In this document: positions 24,101-37,102 of the stretch, one piece after another
Position numbering within the stretch: position 1 is the stretch's first letter
Layout of the letters: the number at the start of each line of letters is the position of its first letter
NCBI GenBank assembly: GCA_000002445.1
Contig: CH464492.1
Span: forward strand, 32,001-96,000
Length of the DNA stretch: 64,000 nt
Direction of reading: 5' to 3'
DNA from: Trypanosoma brucei
Lineage: Eukaryota
Position numbers and translations under genes: made by a program
Notes under the pieces: generated by a model
Database searches by the model: none
Seen by the model: the letters and a program-made list of their open reading frames with translations, nothing else
What the model was told of the DNA's origin: nothing

Positions 24101-25917
24101 GATTGCTGCGGCGTCAGCTGGGACTCAACAGTGTCTCTAAGTCTCGCGGCAATTATTCGCTCCATGACTTTGCAGAGACAGCTCGTGAGCGTCACTGGCC
24201 TGTAAGAATCGAGGTCCTCCGCCTTTTTTCCGGCCTTCAGGATGGGGATGATAACACCAGTCTTCCATGCAGACGGCACGACTCCCGTTCGTAGGCTCTC
24301 ATTGAATAGCCTCAGAACAACATTCAGCGCTGTTCTACCGAGATGTTGCAGTGCCTTGTTGTATAAGCAATCAGGTCCGGCTGCGGATCCACTCGGTAGC
24401 AGTTTGATCGATCTCCGTAGTTCAGCCATCGTGATGGGACTGAACTCACTCGCTATCGTCTTTATGTGTGCCGGTGGGTGTGAGTCGGGGTGCCTTCTTG
24501 CGCAAGACGAGTACAGTTTAATGAACCTCTCAGCTTGACGGTAGTCCGTGATGGCCGCGTTATCAACAAGCACAGCCGGTGTGGTTAGTGGTCGTGGCGC
24601 ATATACCTTCTTGACAATGTGCCAACTGCAGCGGTCTGACACCGCAAGTCTGGAGCATAGCGTGCTCCATCTCTTCTTTGTGGTACGGTCCAGAATCTGC
24701 TTACGCGTGGCTACCAACTTTTCTCTTATGTGGAAAGGTCCTCATCCAGCGATCTCTTCATCGAGTTTCGCGAGCTCAGGTGTCCAATGTGGTGGCGTTA
24801 CTCTGCAGCCACGGGGGACGGAGACATTCGTCGCAGTGCGGATGGCGGAGCTCAATTTCTGTTCCAGAGTGTTGACATTCTTCTCTCTACCAATTTTCCT
24901 GCAGAGCTCGTGAACCTTGAGACGGAAATTCCTCCAGTTAGCTTTTAGCCATGCGTACATGGGCTTTTGAAGCCGCGGGCAACTCAGTGCATCTGTGTCG
25001 TCTCCAACGATATCGTCGAAAAATATGTTATGGTGATCGCTATCGGGAGAATACAGCGATGTCCACGTGTACACTGTGCAATTCCTTGACAGTGTCACAT
25101 CAGGGGTGGACTCCTCGTGGTGGCGCGTGTACCTGGTGCACTCACCAGTGTTACATACCAGAAACTGGTTGTCAATGCACCACTGTGTGAGGGTTTCACC
25201 CTTGGTATTTGGTGGGCTCGCGCGATCCCATGCCAACGCGTGTGCGTTAGCGTCTGCACCGATGAGCTTGGCACCGTCAGTTGTCAGAAGCGTATCTAGG
25301 TCAGTTGCCGTGAAGGTGTGTTTTGGTGGGATGTATGCCGACGTGACAGTCAGCGCCGTTCCACGTGCAAGGTGAATTGTTGCATGCACTTGTTCAATGC
25401 GACCAACAACGGTCATACCAGTCTCGACTAGCAGGTTCTCCATCACTAGTATTGATACACCACCTCCTTTGCAGTTACGAGCTATTCTGTGATGTCGGTA
25501 GCCAGCAACGCTAAAGCAAACCACCTCTCCAGGCGTCATCCTTGTCTCGCTCAACAGACAAAAGACAATCCGCTCATCAACAAGGGTTTTGTGGAGTGCT
25601 AATCTCTTTTCTTGAGATAGCCCAGCGCAGTTCCACTGCATCCCGCGCAACGACAGGCCGGGATTCTCTTCCACATCACCGGACAGCAGCATGTTAGTGC
25701 GGATGATATTGCTGATGGCACGCTGGCACATGCCCAGGGACCGACAAATGAAAAACGGTGTCCCAGCAAGACGCTGCTGATCCCTGTGCTGTATAATGCC
25801 TTGGCCGGAGCACAGCATTGTTCCCCATGAAAGGAACGTTGGTGGCTCTTGGCTTCCCCCGATGATACGGGGTACTGGACCCTGGCACCACGTTGATGTT
25901 GCCGGCATCGCCAGGGG
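21181..25917 (-). mobile_element. ingi retrotransposon copy 2, about 4.74 kb. It runs from the 5' signature to a (CA)n-ended 3' boundary, and its ORF is broken into 5 or more pieces.
   Basis: 5' signature at 25849-25917 (minus strand). ORFs along the minus strand are APE (24742-25956, with the 2A-like DVEENPGL), RT (23995-24717; 23665-23949; 22733-23665), RNase H (22097-22645; FGHCGVKRNEVCDEMAKKA) and C2H2 zinc fingers (21161-22045). Colinear with copy 3. Confidence 0.9.
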
Positions 25918-26455
25918 ACGAATTTGAAACCACCCTGAGCGTGACACATTACTCAAATGGAAAATTTAAAGTAGACGGTAACGCTATGACAAAAACAGCC
26001 AAACTCTATCTCACAAGTCAGAAAGGTCAAAACAAGAAAAGACACAACCATGCACGACTTTCTCTGCCCTTTCAGTACAACACAACGGCAGATAGCGACC
26101 AAGTTATTAAATATGGCAAAAATATCTGGCACAACCGCGAAACAAAAGCGCGCATGGAACTGATTAACAGCATAAAATTCTTTCTAAAAGTAATCGCTGG
26201 ACGCAAAACTGGCAATAAACAGCCTCAATACGCCCTCTAACGGAATTCTTACAGCACCTAAAAAGGACAACTACAGGCGAAAAGGCGGCCCCAAATAGCT
26301 GAAAAGTGCAACTCGTTCAGGCCTTAAACCACAAAGAAAGCCATTCTAAATCCATAGGACCAGCGGCTTTTCAGATGAAGCCGAGACCACAAGACAACAC
26401 TGCCTTCACCGCCTGTAAGTTGTAATGCCTCAAGACAAGCCTGATATTTTCTTAA

Positions 26456-27992
26456 ATGCCACCGAAGTTAGAGATGCAGAGCAAGAAACTACGTAGACTA
26501 GCTATAGACCTAACACTAGCGCTAATTGCAGTGACTGGGACAGCAATAGGCTCGGCACCAGACGACAGTGCATATTTCTCTGCACTTTCTGCAGTTTACA
26601 ACCTTGCCGAAGTCAAAGACAAAATCGCGCCAGAGACGGCTTTCCCAGAAGCAACTACGATTCTAGAAGAGGCAAGCAACCTAAACCTATCAACAGCAAA
26701 CGACGGTTATTTTGATGCTGCGGATGACATTTATCACCAAGGCGGCAAAGTCAAAGATCAAGAAGGGCTTAAGCAATGGTAAGAAAAAAATAAAGCTATA
26801 GCGGACAAAGACCTGGCCGGCCAGAAGCCGTATCTAAGGTTGCCAGAACACAATGCACGGCACCGAGCAAACAAGAGAATTTACACGCTATTAAACAGGA
26901 GCGCGGAGCTGATAACGCAATATAACGCAGCTAAGCAAGCCTACAATGAGGCGAGAACAAATGCGATGAACAGCCTCACAGAAGCAGTCTATGGAAAAGG
27001 CAAAGTGGACTTCGACAAGGGCAGATTCAACAACGAAGCGGGCGCCGGGAGGGGTAAGGCATGCGGGGCGACGGCGCAGGGAGGAAACAATGTAGGAGCA
27101 GCGCTAGCCGACGCTTGTATTTGTCTTTGTACAGCTTCAGGAAACCCAGCGCAAAACGAGTGTGCGGACTCGCTGACTGGCCAGGTTGACGCAGCCGGCG
27201 ACAAAAGCGATCAAGCAAAGGCAGCATGGGACAACGTCAAAACAAAATGCAAATATATGCCGCAGCCACAGCCCAGCTAATGGCAAAGATCGACGCAAGC
27301 AACACGGACGCAACGCAAGCAACACGGACGCAACGCAAGCAAACGGGCGGTGAACTCTAGAAAAAACTAACACCGCAGCTTGCGCAGGCGTCCAGGCAAC
27401 ACCCACCATGTGCATAAACTTCAAACAACAGCTCGGCACAAGCGACGGAAAGCTACCATGGCTAGAAAAGCTACACGAAGCAGAAAACCAACTGATGACA
27501 GCCGCATGAAAAGAGAGCGAAGCAGCAGCTCTCAAGCAAACCCTTATGCAGCTAAATAATGACGCCCGGGCTTCTTACGTCGACGCACAACACGAAATTG
27601 AAAACCCACCAAAGCTTACGCAACTTCACCCACAATCCCCCGCCAAAACAACCAATGAAGAGGACTGTAAAAAACACAAATAAAGCGGCAAATGCGCTGA
27701 GCCGTGCCAAAGGGGTGACAATGCCACTGGTGCAAACAAAAAATGCTCATTAGATCCAAAAAAGCTGCAGATCAAGCAGCTCAGGTATAAAAAGAAACAT
27801 GAGAGCAACCTTCAAAGTATGCTGGACAAGATACCAAAGAGAAATGTGAAGGAGTCAAATGAACTCCAGCCCCAGGCAAAAAATATGTTTGTGGACGGAT
27901 AGAAGACAAGTGCAAAGATTACAGTTTTCTAGTAAATAAGAAATTTGCCCTGATTGTTGCTTCTGCTTTTGTGAGTTTGGTAGGACTCTAGC
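26456..27992 (+). pseudogene. VSG: VSG pseudogene (signal peptide, B-type N-domain, C-domain and GPI signal) with multiple frameshifts or stops
   Basis: ORFs 26456-26782 (MPPKLEMQSKKLRRLAIDLTLALIAVTGTA…) and 26840-27280 (…GKACGATAQGG…DACICLCTASG…). The terminus …PGKKYVCGRIEDKCKDYSFLVNKKFALIVASAFVSLVGL* is found by hand translation. There is a 21-bp tandem duplication at 27295-27336. Confidence 0.8.
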
Positions 27993-28140
27993 ATTTTAAG
28001 GATAATAGCTAAATTTCACTCAATTTCTTAAAATTATGAAATTAAAGTAAAATATGTATAATAGTGGTATATGGGTGCAAAGTAATAGAGTAATAGTGTA
28101 TGAAAAATAAGTGCTGTTCTAACTTGGTTATTTTTTATTT

Positions 28141-28260
28141 AATGAATGCTGGTTAGGAATATAATTATTATCATTATTATTATTATGATAATAATGATGA
28201 TAATAATAATGATAATGATTATTATAAGAGAATGTTGTGAGTGTGTGGAAATGAGAGAAA
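28141..28260 (+). repeat. 70-bp repeats in plus orientation (cassette of the VSG at 30122)
   Basis: …gataataatgatgataataataatgataatgattattataagagaatgttgtgagtgtgtgg…. Confidence 0.85.
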
Positions 28261-30121
28261 ACAAGAGAAATAATATTAAAGTTGACACGAAAATAAAAAA
28301 GAAAAAATTAGATATAATATGCGTATTTTGACACACAAACATGAGTAGGATCATCATTACAAAGAAGTTGATAGAAGTGGCAATGATGTAGAAATAACCT
28401 CTAGTGTACACAGCAAATAGATTTGTTACGTCACTCGCTGTGTTGAAAGCATAAAAGGAAAAGAAGGGAAAAATTAAGGCACATTACGGAAAAGCAAAAC
28501 ACATTGGAATTAATAAATCAAGAGGATAAAAAGGATATGTTGTTCTTATTATACTAACAAATTGATAGATTATCATGCAGAATTTATGATAAAGACTGTA
28601 GTTATATGCTGATGGGGAATACTAATATGTGGCTTTGAATAATAAAAAGAATTATGATGAGGAGAAGAAAGAAAGGATTTGGTAATTGTGAAGTAATGTA
28701 CAACCATCTTCTTATCAGATACAGTAATAGGCACTAACATTTGTGGGCACAGTATTTTACTCTATGGAAGAATAATTTAAAACTAAACTACTAATGGACT
28801 GCCGAGGAAAGGAAAAGAAGGAATAAAAGCGCAGAAAGTGCTTAACAACCTCATAAATGAACCGCCATTTATCTTTATATAAATATGAAAAGTTTGCAAT
28901 GATGATCCAACAGTTCTATTCTTGTACAATGGCAAACCTTTGAACACTTTGAAGGAGCGACTAAATCATGTAAGAATATTCACTAATTTGGCATTGATGG
29001 AGTACCTTAGGAAACTTGTAAATAAAAAAATGCAGTAAGTGACGAACTTTCAGGGAGAGAGAGGCGAAAAAGAGCGTCATTTAGGCAGGATCACACTTGT
29101 AAATACTCAAAGCCATGCGGACGCTAGAGACGGCGGCGTTGTATTGTCACAGCCAATGCATCTGCACGATAGGAGTGGAGGCACAAATAAAACAAAGCGG
29201 CCGAAAAGACAGATGTTTTAGAAACGGATATAGAACAATCTAAATTATAATTGCAAAGTGGAAGTTCTTGGCCTTAACTGAGTGTGTTTTTACGTCACTA
29301 CTCTGTCACAGAGAATCCAAGCCATGGCACCTTTTTTTACCATTCGAACCACAAAACGGCAATAAATCTCGACTTTGCAGCCACAGTTCACTGAATGAAA
29401 GCAGCGCAGCGTTCTGAAATGCACTCCCCAACAACTTCAATATTGTCAAGTCACATTATACCTCGTAACTACAAATTTCGGTATCCGAATCCATTAAAAA
29501 AAGTATCAGAAGCAGTGTTACCTGTGTCAGCAACTTTTAAAGATCACAAGAAAGGAAGCAGAAGAGCACCAACACGAAAAGTGCGCAGATAGCTGCAAAT
29601 ACCTCACTCGGTTACCATCACGGCTTCTACACTACGGCATAAAGAAAGACACATCCATTCAGAAGCAGAGATCTATGAGAATTTTACCCACCAGGCTATT
29701 AGAGCCAACCGACCAAACGGCAGCGCCAATGATTATTAGGCCACAATTGCAGTGGAAAAAGCATGCCCTTGAAAGACAACTGACAAGATGCGACTATGGC
29801 ATTTTCTGCTTCCGAGAGGTGAACGAGGAGACGCTTTCAGATGTAAATAAAGCAAGAATCAACCTCGAAAGTGACCACAAAACAAAAATAACAGCATCAA
29901 GATATTGGAACATAGATTCAATAGGAGTACACACCAGCAGCACTCAATTTGAACCAACAGGTCAAAAGCATAAAAAAGTAACCGCCACTCGCAAGGAAAC
30001 AGAAGCCGAATCGACTATTGCAACGCTATTTAAAAACCCCGGAGGTTTATAGAAGGTATATCTCTCGTTTCCAAGTTTTGGTTAACAGGTTGTCTCAATA
30101 AATTAGGTAAATCAGCAGAAA

Positions 30122-31706
30122 ATGACAAATAACAAAATCAATAATGCGCCAAGCAATATGCGAAGCAAAACTATGTTATGTGCGGCCACACTTGCCCTAG
30201 CATTGCTCGTAACCCTTTTGCCAACGATAACAGCAGATGCAGCCGTGGCACACGCCGGGTCTTCAGCAAGCGGATTCAGGGTGATCTGCAACTTAATTAA
30301 CCTAGCGTCCATGGAATTAGAATCACCTAACTTGCCATCAACAGAAACCGAAATAGAAGACACAGTCGCACTAATAAACCTAACGTTGATGGCCCCGAAA
30401 GCGCTTGACGAACTCACTGCGGCGCCTGACTTATCACAGCTATGGAAAAAGGACAAAAATGAAACAAAAACACATTGTGCTGCAGAAGCCAGGCAAAGTT
30501 GCCGGAAAGCAGTAAATAGAGCGAAAACCCACGGCAAAGGCAACGTGATAGAGGCGGCCAAAAAGCTAGGTACGAACCCCGACGTGATCCCGCCGCTAAC
30601 AGAGACGATAAACCAAATCACCAAGGCTCTGACAGACTATTCTGAAGCGGCTAATGCAGCAGACGACAAAACCATACCAGCCGTCCTTGAAGCTGCTCTC
30701 AGAGGCAAAACGGACGGCACTACAACTGTAAAGCTCGCAGATGCGACTAACGACAGGCAGATAACGTGCGGCATACCCTCTGGCGAAACCAAAGGGACAA
30801 CAGGAGGCATACCTTAGCCGCAGACGTAATCTATTTGTGTGAGAGCGACGACAGCGATTCAGGCAACAATAACGCATGCTCGCTAAAAACAAAAAGAAGC
30901 GACATAAACTTCGCCGACGCTAATACAGACATTAAAGACGAATGTAAAAAAAACTAACAACCGAATGCAAAACACAATACCCAGGCAACAAACTCAACAG
31001 CAAGACACTTCAGACGGCGCTGCTGGCTTTTGACATCGAAATCGCAAAGAGCCAAGGAACAAACGGCAAGCTAATTAATACCCTAGGGTATATTGCAGGA
31101 GCTGGCAGCACTGGATGCGACGGCAGCAACGGCGGCACACACGGCGCTTGTGTTTACTACGGGAAGGACGACACTAACAAAAACGCACTTTCACCGGCGT
31201 GGTGCAAGCACATAACAGACGTAATAAACAAGATAAAAGCAGAGCAGAACGCGAACAATGCAACTACAATAGCGATGCGACTTGAAACATTAAACAACAC
31301 TCTCACTTCGCTCATACTTCTTGGTGCAGTGAGCAGTCAAAAGACACAACAAGCGACTGAAACTGCAACACAAAGCAAAAGTAGAGAAATATATGCACAA
31401 GAAGCAGCCAAAAAGGAATGCGAAAAGGCTAACTGCAAATGGAAAGGAGGGGAGAGTGAAACCAAAGTGGAATAAGAAGTAGATAAGAGCAAAATTAAAG
31501 AACAGAAGAATACAGAAGGAGCAGGAGAGGGTCATGCATGGACAGCGGCCACAACTGGGTGTGCGAAACACGGCATTGATAAGTCAAAATATGAAGATGA
31601 GAAAAGCTGCAAATGAAAGGGAGAAACTTGCAAAGATTTCGGAATTCTCGTCAATAAGAAATTGGCTCTGAGTGTGGCTGCTGTCATGAGTTTGGTGGTA
31701 TTTTAG
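30122..31706 (+). pseudogene. VSG: VSG pseudogene (signal peptide, N-domain, C-domain and GPI signal) with frameshifts and in-frame stops
   Basis: ORF 30122-30817 (MTNNKINNAPSNMRSKTMLCAATLALALLVTLLPTITADA…), plus 30766-30957 and 31275-31475 (…CEKANCKWKGGESE…). The end reads …CKDFGILVNKKLALSVAAVMSLVVF*. Confidence 0.8.
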
Positions 31707-31920
31707 GTTTTTTTAATTTTTAAATATGTTGTTTTTTAAGAAACGTTTTACGCAAAAATTTTTTAATATTTGCTAAACTTTGAGATATTTTGACACTTTA
31801 TAATTTAAATGTACGACTTTTTAGTAACATTTGTGTAAATTTGGCCTATTGGTGTAACGAAGTATGTTGTTAAGATATGGAAAACAAATGCTATTCTAAT
31901 TTTGTTTGTTTTGTAGATAT

Positions 31921-31932
31921 TAGTTGGAGCTC

Positions 31933-31963
<31 letters not shown>

Positions 31964-32055
31964 AATAAAAGGAGAGTGTTGTAAGGGTATGTGTATACGA
32001 ATATTATAATATTAATAAAAATAATGATAATAATAATGATGATGATAATGAAACC
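31921..32055 (+). repeat. 70-bp repeats in plus orientation
   Basis: …aataataataatgataatgataatgataataataaaaggagagtgttgtaagggtatgtgtatacgaatattataatattaat…. Confidence 0.85.
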
Positions 32056-32559
32056 GGCCGCTTGGGTTTGTAATCACAGAAAACAAGGAAAACGTGTAAT
32101 AAATTTTAAACAGTGCAGTGCAACTAGCGTATTCGAATCCCATAAAAATGAATAGATGGAAAATATGAAGAATACAAAGAGTAGCGGAATTTAAACAGTG
32201 AGAGAGTGGAGGTACGCCTGAAGCTAACTACATAAAAATGTAGATACGTACTCAAAGATGAGATAACAACACTGAGCATACGTCTTTTAGCAACTAGATT
32301 AAAACAATGTTAAACATTGCCTATGTAAAAACCCCAGAGACTCAACAAATTTTTTCTTTTTGTCTAACATGATTTTTTTTGTAGCCCTCTCAAATTCATA
32401 GGTAGAGTAAAACATAAATATTTCTGTATTGACAACTCTACTATTACATTTCATGAGTTTGCACTCGGTATCTCTTCAATATAACGAAGTAGATAACACA
32501 ACAAATATAACAGAGAATGTTCTTAAGAAACGAAGAGTGTGTGCGGTTGAAGTTTAAAC

Positions 32560-32792
32560 TCATGCAACACAAGGATGGTATTGACTCATATTGATTGCCA
32601 AACTAAGTAATGTTGAAATTATTACAATTGGGCTGGGATGTTTGTATAGTCATGTTAAAAGGCCTTTGTGGGGTTATGGAATTTTTAAAAAGTCAGAATG
32701 CAAGTAATGAGGATATTGTAATTCATTTGGATGGGTCTGATGTTATTGTTTGTGATTTAAAAAATATGAGAGTGCTGTGGAAAAAGCGATGA
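32560..32792 (+). pseudogene. Conserved co-transposed-region ORF family, copy 3 (a truncated fragment)
   Basis: …ACTCATGCAACACAAGGATGGTATTGACTCATATTGATTGCCAAACTAAG… flank, plus the ORF fragment …FLKSQNASNEDIVIHLDGSDVIVCD…. Confidence 0.55.
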
Positions 32793-34320
32793 GGGGGAAA
32801 ATTCGGCGCATAAATCTCAACGGCAGAGTTGAGACCACAACCAGAACAAAATTGACAAAAGCAGCTAGATATTAATATCTGAAAGTGGATGCACCCCGGA
32901 ACAAAAAGGCAAACTCAATAGGAAGCTTCCATCAATAGTTTCTACAGCTGTGCGCTTAGCCCATATTTTTCGAAAACAGACAATCGATAAGCCTCCTACT
33001 AACAAGGAAGCAGCGACCAAGCCTACAGCCACAGCAAACGAAGCTCAAAGTAATTTTATAGCTTTAATCGAAGGGGAACGGCAGTCAATAAGGAGGAAAT
33101 CACTAGTGGCGCAAAATTCGCCATGTTAGGTTACACTTTCGACCTAGACAGAGTCCTCGGCAACATATCGCCTATAGGAGACTTCCACGTAACAAAATAG
33201 TCACTAGTAGAACTAAACCACAAAACGTTTTAAACGACAATAAAATCTTACCATTTGAACAAAATTAAGAGATTTCACAGGCAGGGAAAGGTTAATGGTA
33301 AAAAAAGTTTCTCAATATGGGTAAAAGCACTTAAAGAGGCAACCGGCAAGACGACTAAATACAACAGCCTATACTGCAGACAAGCTATCGACTTAGACTT
33401 TAACGCAAAAAGTATGCCTATATCCAGACTTAACAACCAATCTGCGTTTATTGTCCTTCACTACGACAGTTAGCGCAGCAAATAGAAACCAAGCTTACAA
33501 AAGTCATCCAAAATGAGGAAGCAATTTTGGGCCGGTAAAATTGCATTTCACAAAAAAAAACGACATCAGTACCATCGAGTAGAGCAACCTTATGCCTATA
33601 CCGTGCGACAAAACAAACAAGTAGCGAAGATCTAGAAGATTCCTTTATCTGCATTTGCGGGGCAAGCACGGAGTGGTGTTAAAGTAAAGCGCCTTATCGA
33701 GGGCCACCGTCCACCAGAACGGAGTAGCACAGTATCCCACTACACAAGCAGTATCGGCCCAAGACATCACATAATAGGCAGATAACGCAGAACAAAAACA
33801 AGTGACACCGCAAGAATTAGCGTCAGCAACAAGTCATCTTCATAGCCGTCAGACCGTAGCTGGACGCAAACTAAACCGGACGTACAACAGCAAACTGCCG
33901 TCTCGAAAAGTTCTCACTGAAATTGTTTTCCTCAGACAAGCAACTAATATATCACCATTTAAGTAGGTCTCTACCCGTTTAAGATGTTGACTATGTCGCG
34001 CTCACAGCCGAAAGTGGCACAGGCTAAGCGGTAGGAGACGAAGCCACACATGAGCGGGCCAAGCGCACCAATGAGACTTAAAAGCGCATACCGCCGAGCT
34101 GAGTGGCACCATAACCTGGACGTTGGTTCGTAAAATGTTTAGCTTTTTCTCTTAATCACAGCAGAAATGGACATGTAAGCTGCAGCGGGCTCAACTGCAA
34201 CAGACGCAACAGCCAAGCCACTCAAAACCCCTGCATTCAACACAACTACCAATGCACAAGCAGCCCCCTCTATGCGAATACAAAATTGTAGAAAACCACT
34301 AGAAAACCAAGCTTACAGCG

Positions 34321-35920
34321 ATGAAGTAGGGCACTGCGATCGCGCTGGTGGCGGTTCTGACACATCTGCAACACGGTAAAGCAACAGTCGACAAACAAAT
34401 AGTACACACGTACTTGAAGGAGCTGTGCGAAATCGGCGCAGATGGCGAAAAACTCGGTAGCAGAGCACAACATACACTAAAGGCGCCTGCACAAGCGGCT
34501 AGCCAGGAACTACGAGGGCTACTACAGACAATGGTTTTTCTAGAAAGCGGCAACACCACACTCTCTGGGCCAGCGACGCAAACCACGCTCGACTACACGG
34601 CCCGATCCTTGTCAAAACATCTAGCATACTACGATTCGCAAGAGGCCAGCCAAGAACTGACTTCCGTACTAGACGGCGGTCGGCTGCAAGGCGCAATACG
34701 GGAGTTTGTAACGACTGCTGCGGCCGTATCAGGCAGCAACAAAAGCTGCCTGCAAGACAGCGACACAGCCAGTAACGGTGTGCAAGGCGTAGCAGCGCTC
34801 GAGAAGCAAGAACCGTTGTGCAAAATAAACCCAGCGGCAACCAACACCGGCGACCAGACTTCGTAGCCCTCAGACCCAACGGCTTTGCAAGCTACCTCGC
34901 AAATGCCGTGGACCACGCAACGTTGGCAACAGGCAGCGGCAACCAATGTGACATGAATTCCGACGCTGCAAACCACAAGTGGCTCAACGACGGCACTGGC
35001 GTGGACATTAGCAGGAACAACCCAACAGTGGCGGCGGGCTTGATCCAGATCACAGCAACTAACGGGCTTGCAGGAGAAGGCGGTAAGAAGTCAGTAAATG
35101 GCGGAAAAGCGCCTCTAGTTGCCGCGGTGCTAAGGCATGTGCAGCGGACCACAAGCCCGTTGCAAACCGCAACGCAGACCACGGTAGCCGACGCAGCACA
35201 GCGAGACGACTACAAAAACGCAGCAGGGAGATATTTGTTCGGCCTTGAAAGCTCAGACTGTAAAAGAGACAGCGAACTTCCGACCGCGACCAAGACAAGC
35301 TACAATGCAAGCGATCGACCGGACAAACTGCTTCTTCAAGACATAAACGACATGCCCATCACAGGCATACTAAAGAAAAGTCCCAACTTGAAGAAACTTG
35401 GTAATGACACTGACATAAACCAACTGTTGGAGCCGTGCTTCTACTCGGAGTTGAAGAAACAGAAACTAGCGAATACCGAGAAAAAACTTCAAGAAGCAGC
35501 AGCCAAGACGAGTACAAAATCAGCAGAAGAAAAGGAGAAGGAGTGCAATACCAAAGGCAACGACAAGCAAGAAGAGTGTAAAAAACTAGCTAAAGATGGG
35601 TGCGTTTTTAACAAAGACGGCAAAGATGGTGAAAAGTGCACGTTAACGAAAGAAGCCACACAAAAAGCGGCAGAGCAAGAAAACCAAGAAACAGGAGGGA
35701 ATGATGGGAAACTGTTTGCTCTACACACCAGGATCAGACATCTTGTGAAAAAGAGAATGAAGGACTGCCAGCTTCTGCCCCTCGTAAATGTGGTTGGATA
35801 ACTTTTACAGACAACGAGGGTAAAATTCCCAGACCTGACTGCCTTCCTTCCAGTTTTCTCGTCAATAAGAAATTGGCTCTCATAGCAGCTGCTTTTATGA
35901 GTTTTGTGTTATTTTAGCAT
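34321..35920 (+). pseudogene. VSG: VSG pseudogene. Codon 3 after the ATG is TAG (34327-34329), there is a later frameshift at about 34820-34866, and the GPI signal is intact.
   Basis: ATG AAG TAG GGC ACT GCG ATC GCG CTG GTG GCG GTT CTG ACA CAT CTG reads M K * G T A I A L V A V L T H L (signal-peptide-like). ORFs 34348-34866 and 34818-35801. The end reads …DCLPSSFLVNKKLALIAAAFMSFVLF*. Confidence 0.75.
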
Positions 35921-36124
35921 TCTAAGGATTTTTGCTCAATTTTATGAAATTTATAAAAATTATGAAATTTAATATTTTGAGAGTATTTTATTAAATTGTT
36001 AAACTTTGATATATTTTACAACTTTTGTAAAAATTTGAAATTTCGGTATTGTTGTGGCCCACTGGTGTAAAGCAGTTAAGTGTTAGGGCATGAAAAATAA
36101 GCGATGTTCTAATTTTGTTTACTT

Positions 36125-36200
36125 TATGGATATTAGATAGTGTTAGAATGGTAATGTTTTTTATGAGAGTTATGAGTGTGTATATACGAATATTATAATT
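36125..36200 (+). repeat. Degenerate single 70-bp repeat unit
   Basis: …gagagttatgagtgtgtatatacgaatattataattatagtgacg…. Confidence 0.6.
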
Positions 36201-37102
36201 ATAGTGACGCAGTCCGAGATGAAAATTGAAATAGAGGTAATTAAAATAATAGAAACGATTTTCTAGGAGTGAGTGAATGAATGCGACATTAGATGAGAGA
36301 GTATGAGTAATATTATTATTAAAGACAAGGCAGACGGAAAGAGAGATAGAGTATGAGCGGGTTACAGCACAAGCATTATAATATGCATAATCATACACAA
36401 GATGATGCAGGGAAAATGGGGGGCAGGCAAAATCCAGTTTCCAAGACAATGGCGTCGCTAGACCTAGTGCAAAGAAGTAGTGATACAAGACTGAAAAGAA
36501 AGTAAGAAAGTAGGGAATGCGGGACAACACAGAAGAGATAATGCATCAGGAGGAACAGGAGCCGCCGAGAGTGCCCCGAATTTCACTCACGAATAGATAG
36601 AAACATCGGCAGAGATAGGGCTGACTGTGTTTTTTATTGCATTAGTAAATCCAGATTTTAAGCGGCACCTCCATGTGGCAGCGGTTCGTAAAATAAATGT
36701 TAATTGTTGGCTCTGATGAAATAGTGGGGCAGCTTGTAGGGGGACTTTGTTGATTGATAGAATAACAGTGTTAGAGTATTATAAATGGCTACAAAATAAA
36801 GTTGGGGTTATGAAGGTCCCGTTGTTACAGAGGTTGCAACAGCACACAATGAGAAGGACTGCCCAACGGCCAGGCAGCCTCTCCGCAGAGCGGCCTTTGT
36901 GCTAACAGGAGGTGCACTCGTCAGCGGCTATCCAAAGACCTTTCATTTCTTCGCCAAGTGTGGGAGCTCTTTAACACTCAATGCTAACAGTAGCTGGCGG
37001 ATGCAGCAGCCCCATGCTCTCTTTTAACTTCATAGCACTCCCTAAGCACTGTTTATCAAAACGTCCCGCCGTGCCAACCTTCAGTGGTTCGACCAAGCTT
37101 AA

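Noticed and set aside
25893-26240. 115-aa ORF starting inside the ingi 5' end and running into the upstream region of the VSG at 26456
   Set aside because: It spans the retroelement/host junction, so the reading frame is created by chance juxtaposition. Nothing similar is seen in the other cassettes.
29675-30052. 125-aa ORF upstream of the VSG at 30122, and a similar one at 33255-33473 upstream of the VSG at 34321
   Set aside because: They lie in co-transposed regions but are not similar to each other or to the conserved ORF family. They are probably non-coding.
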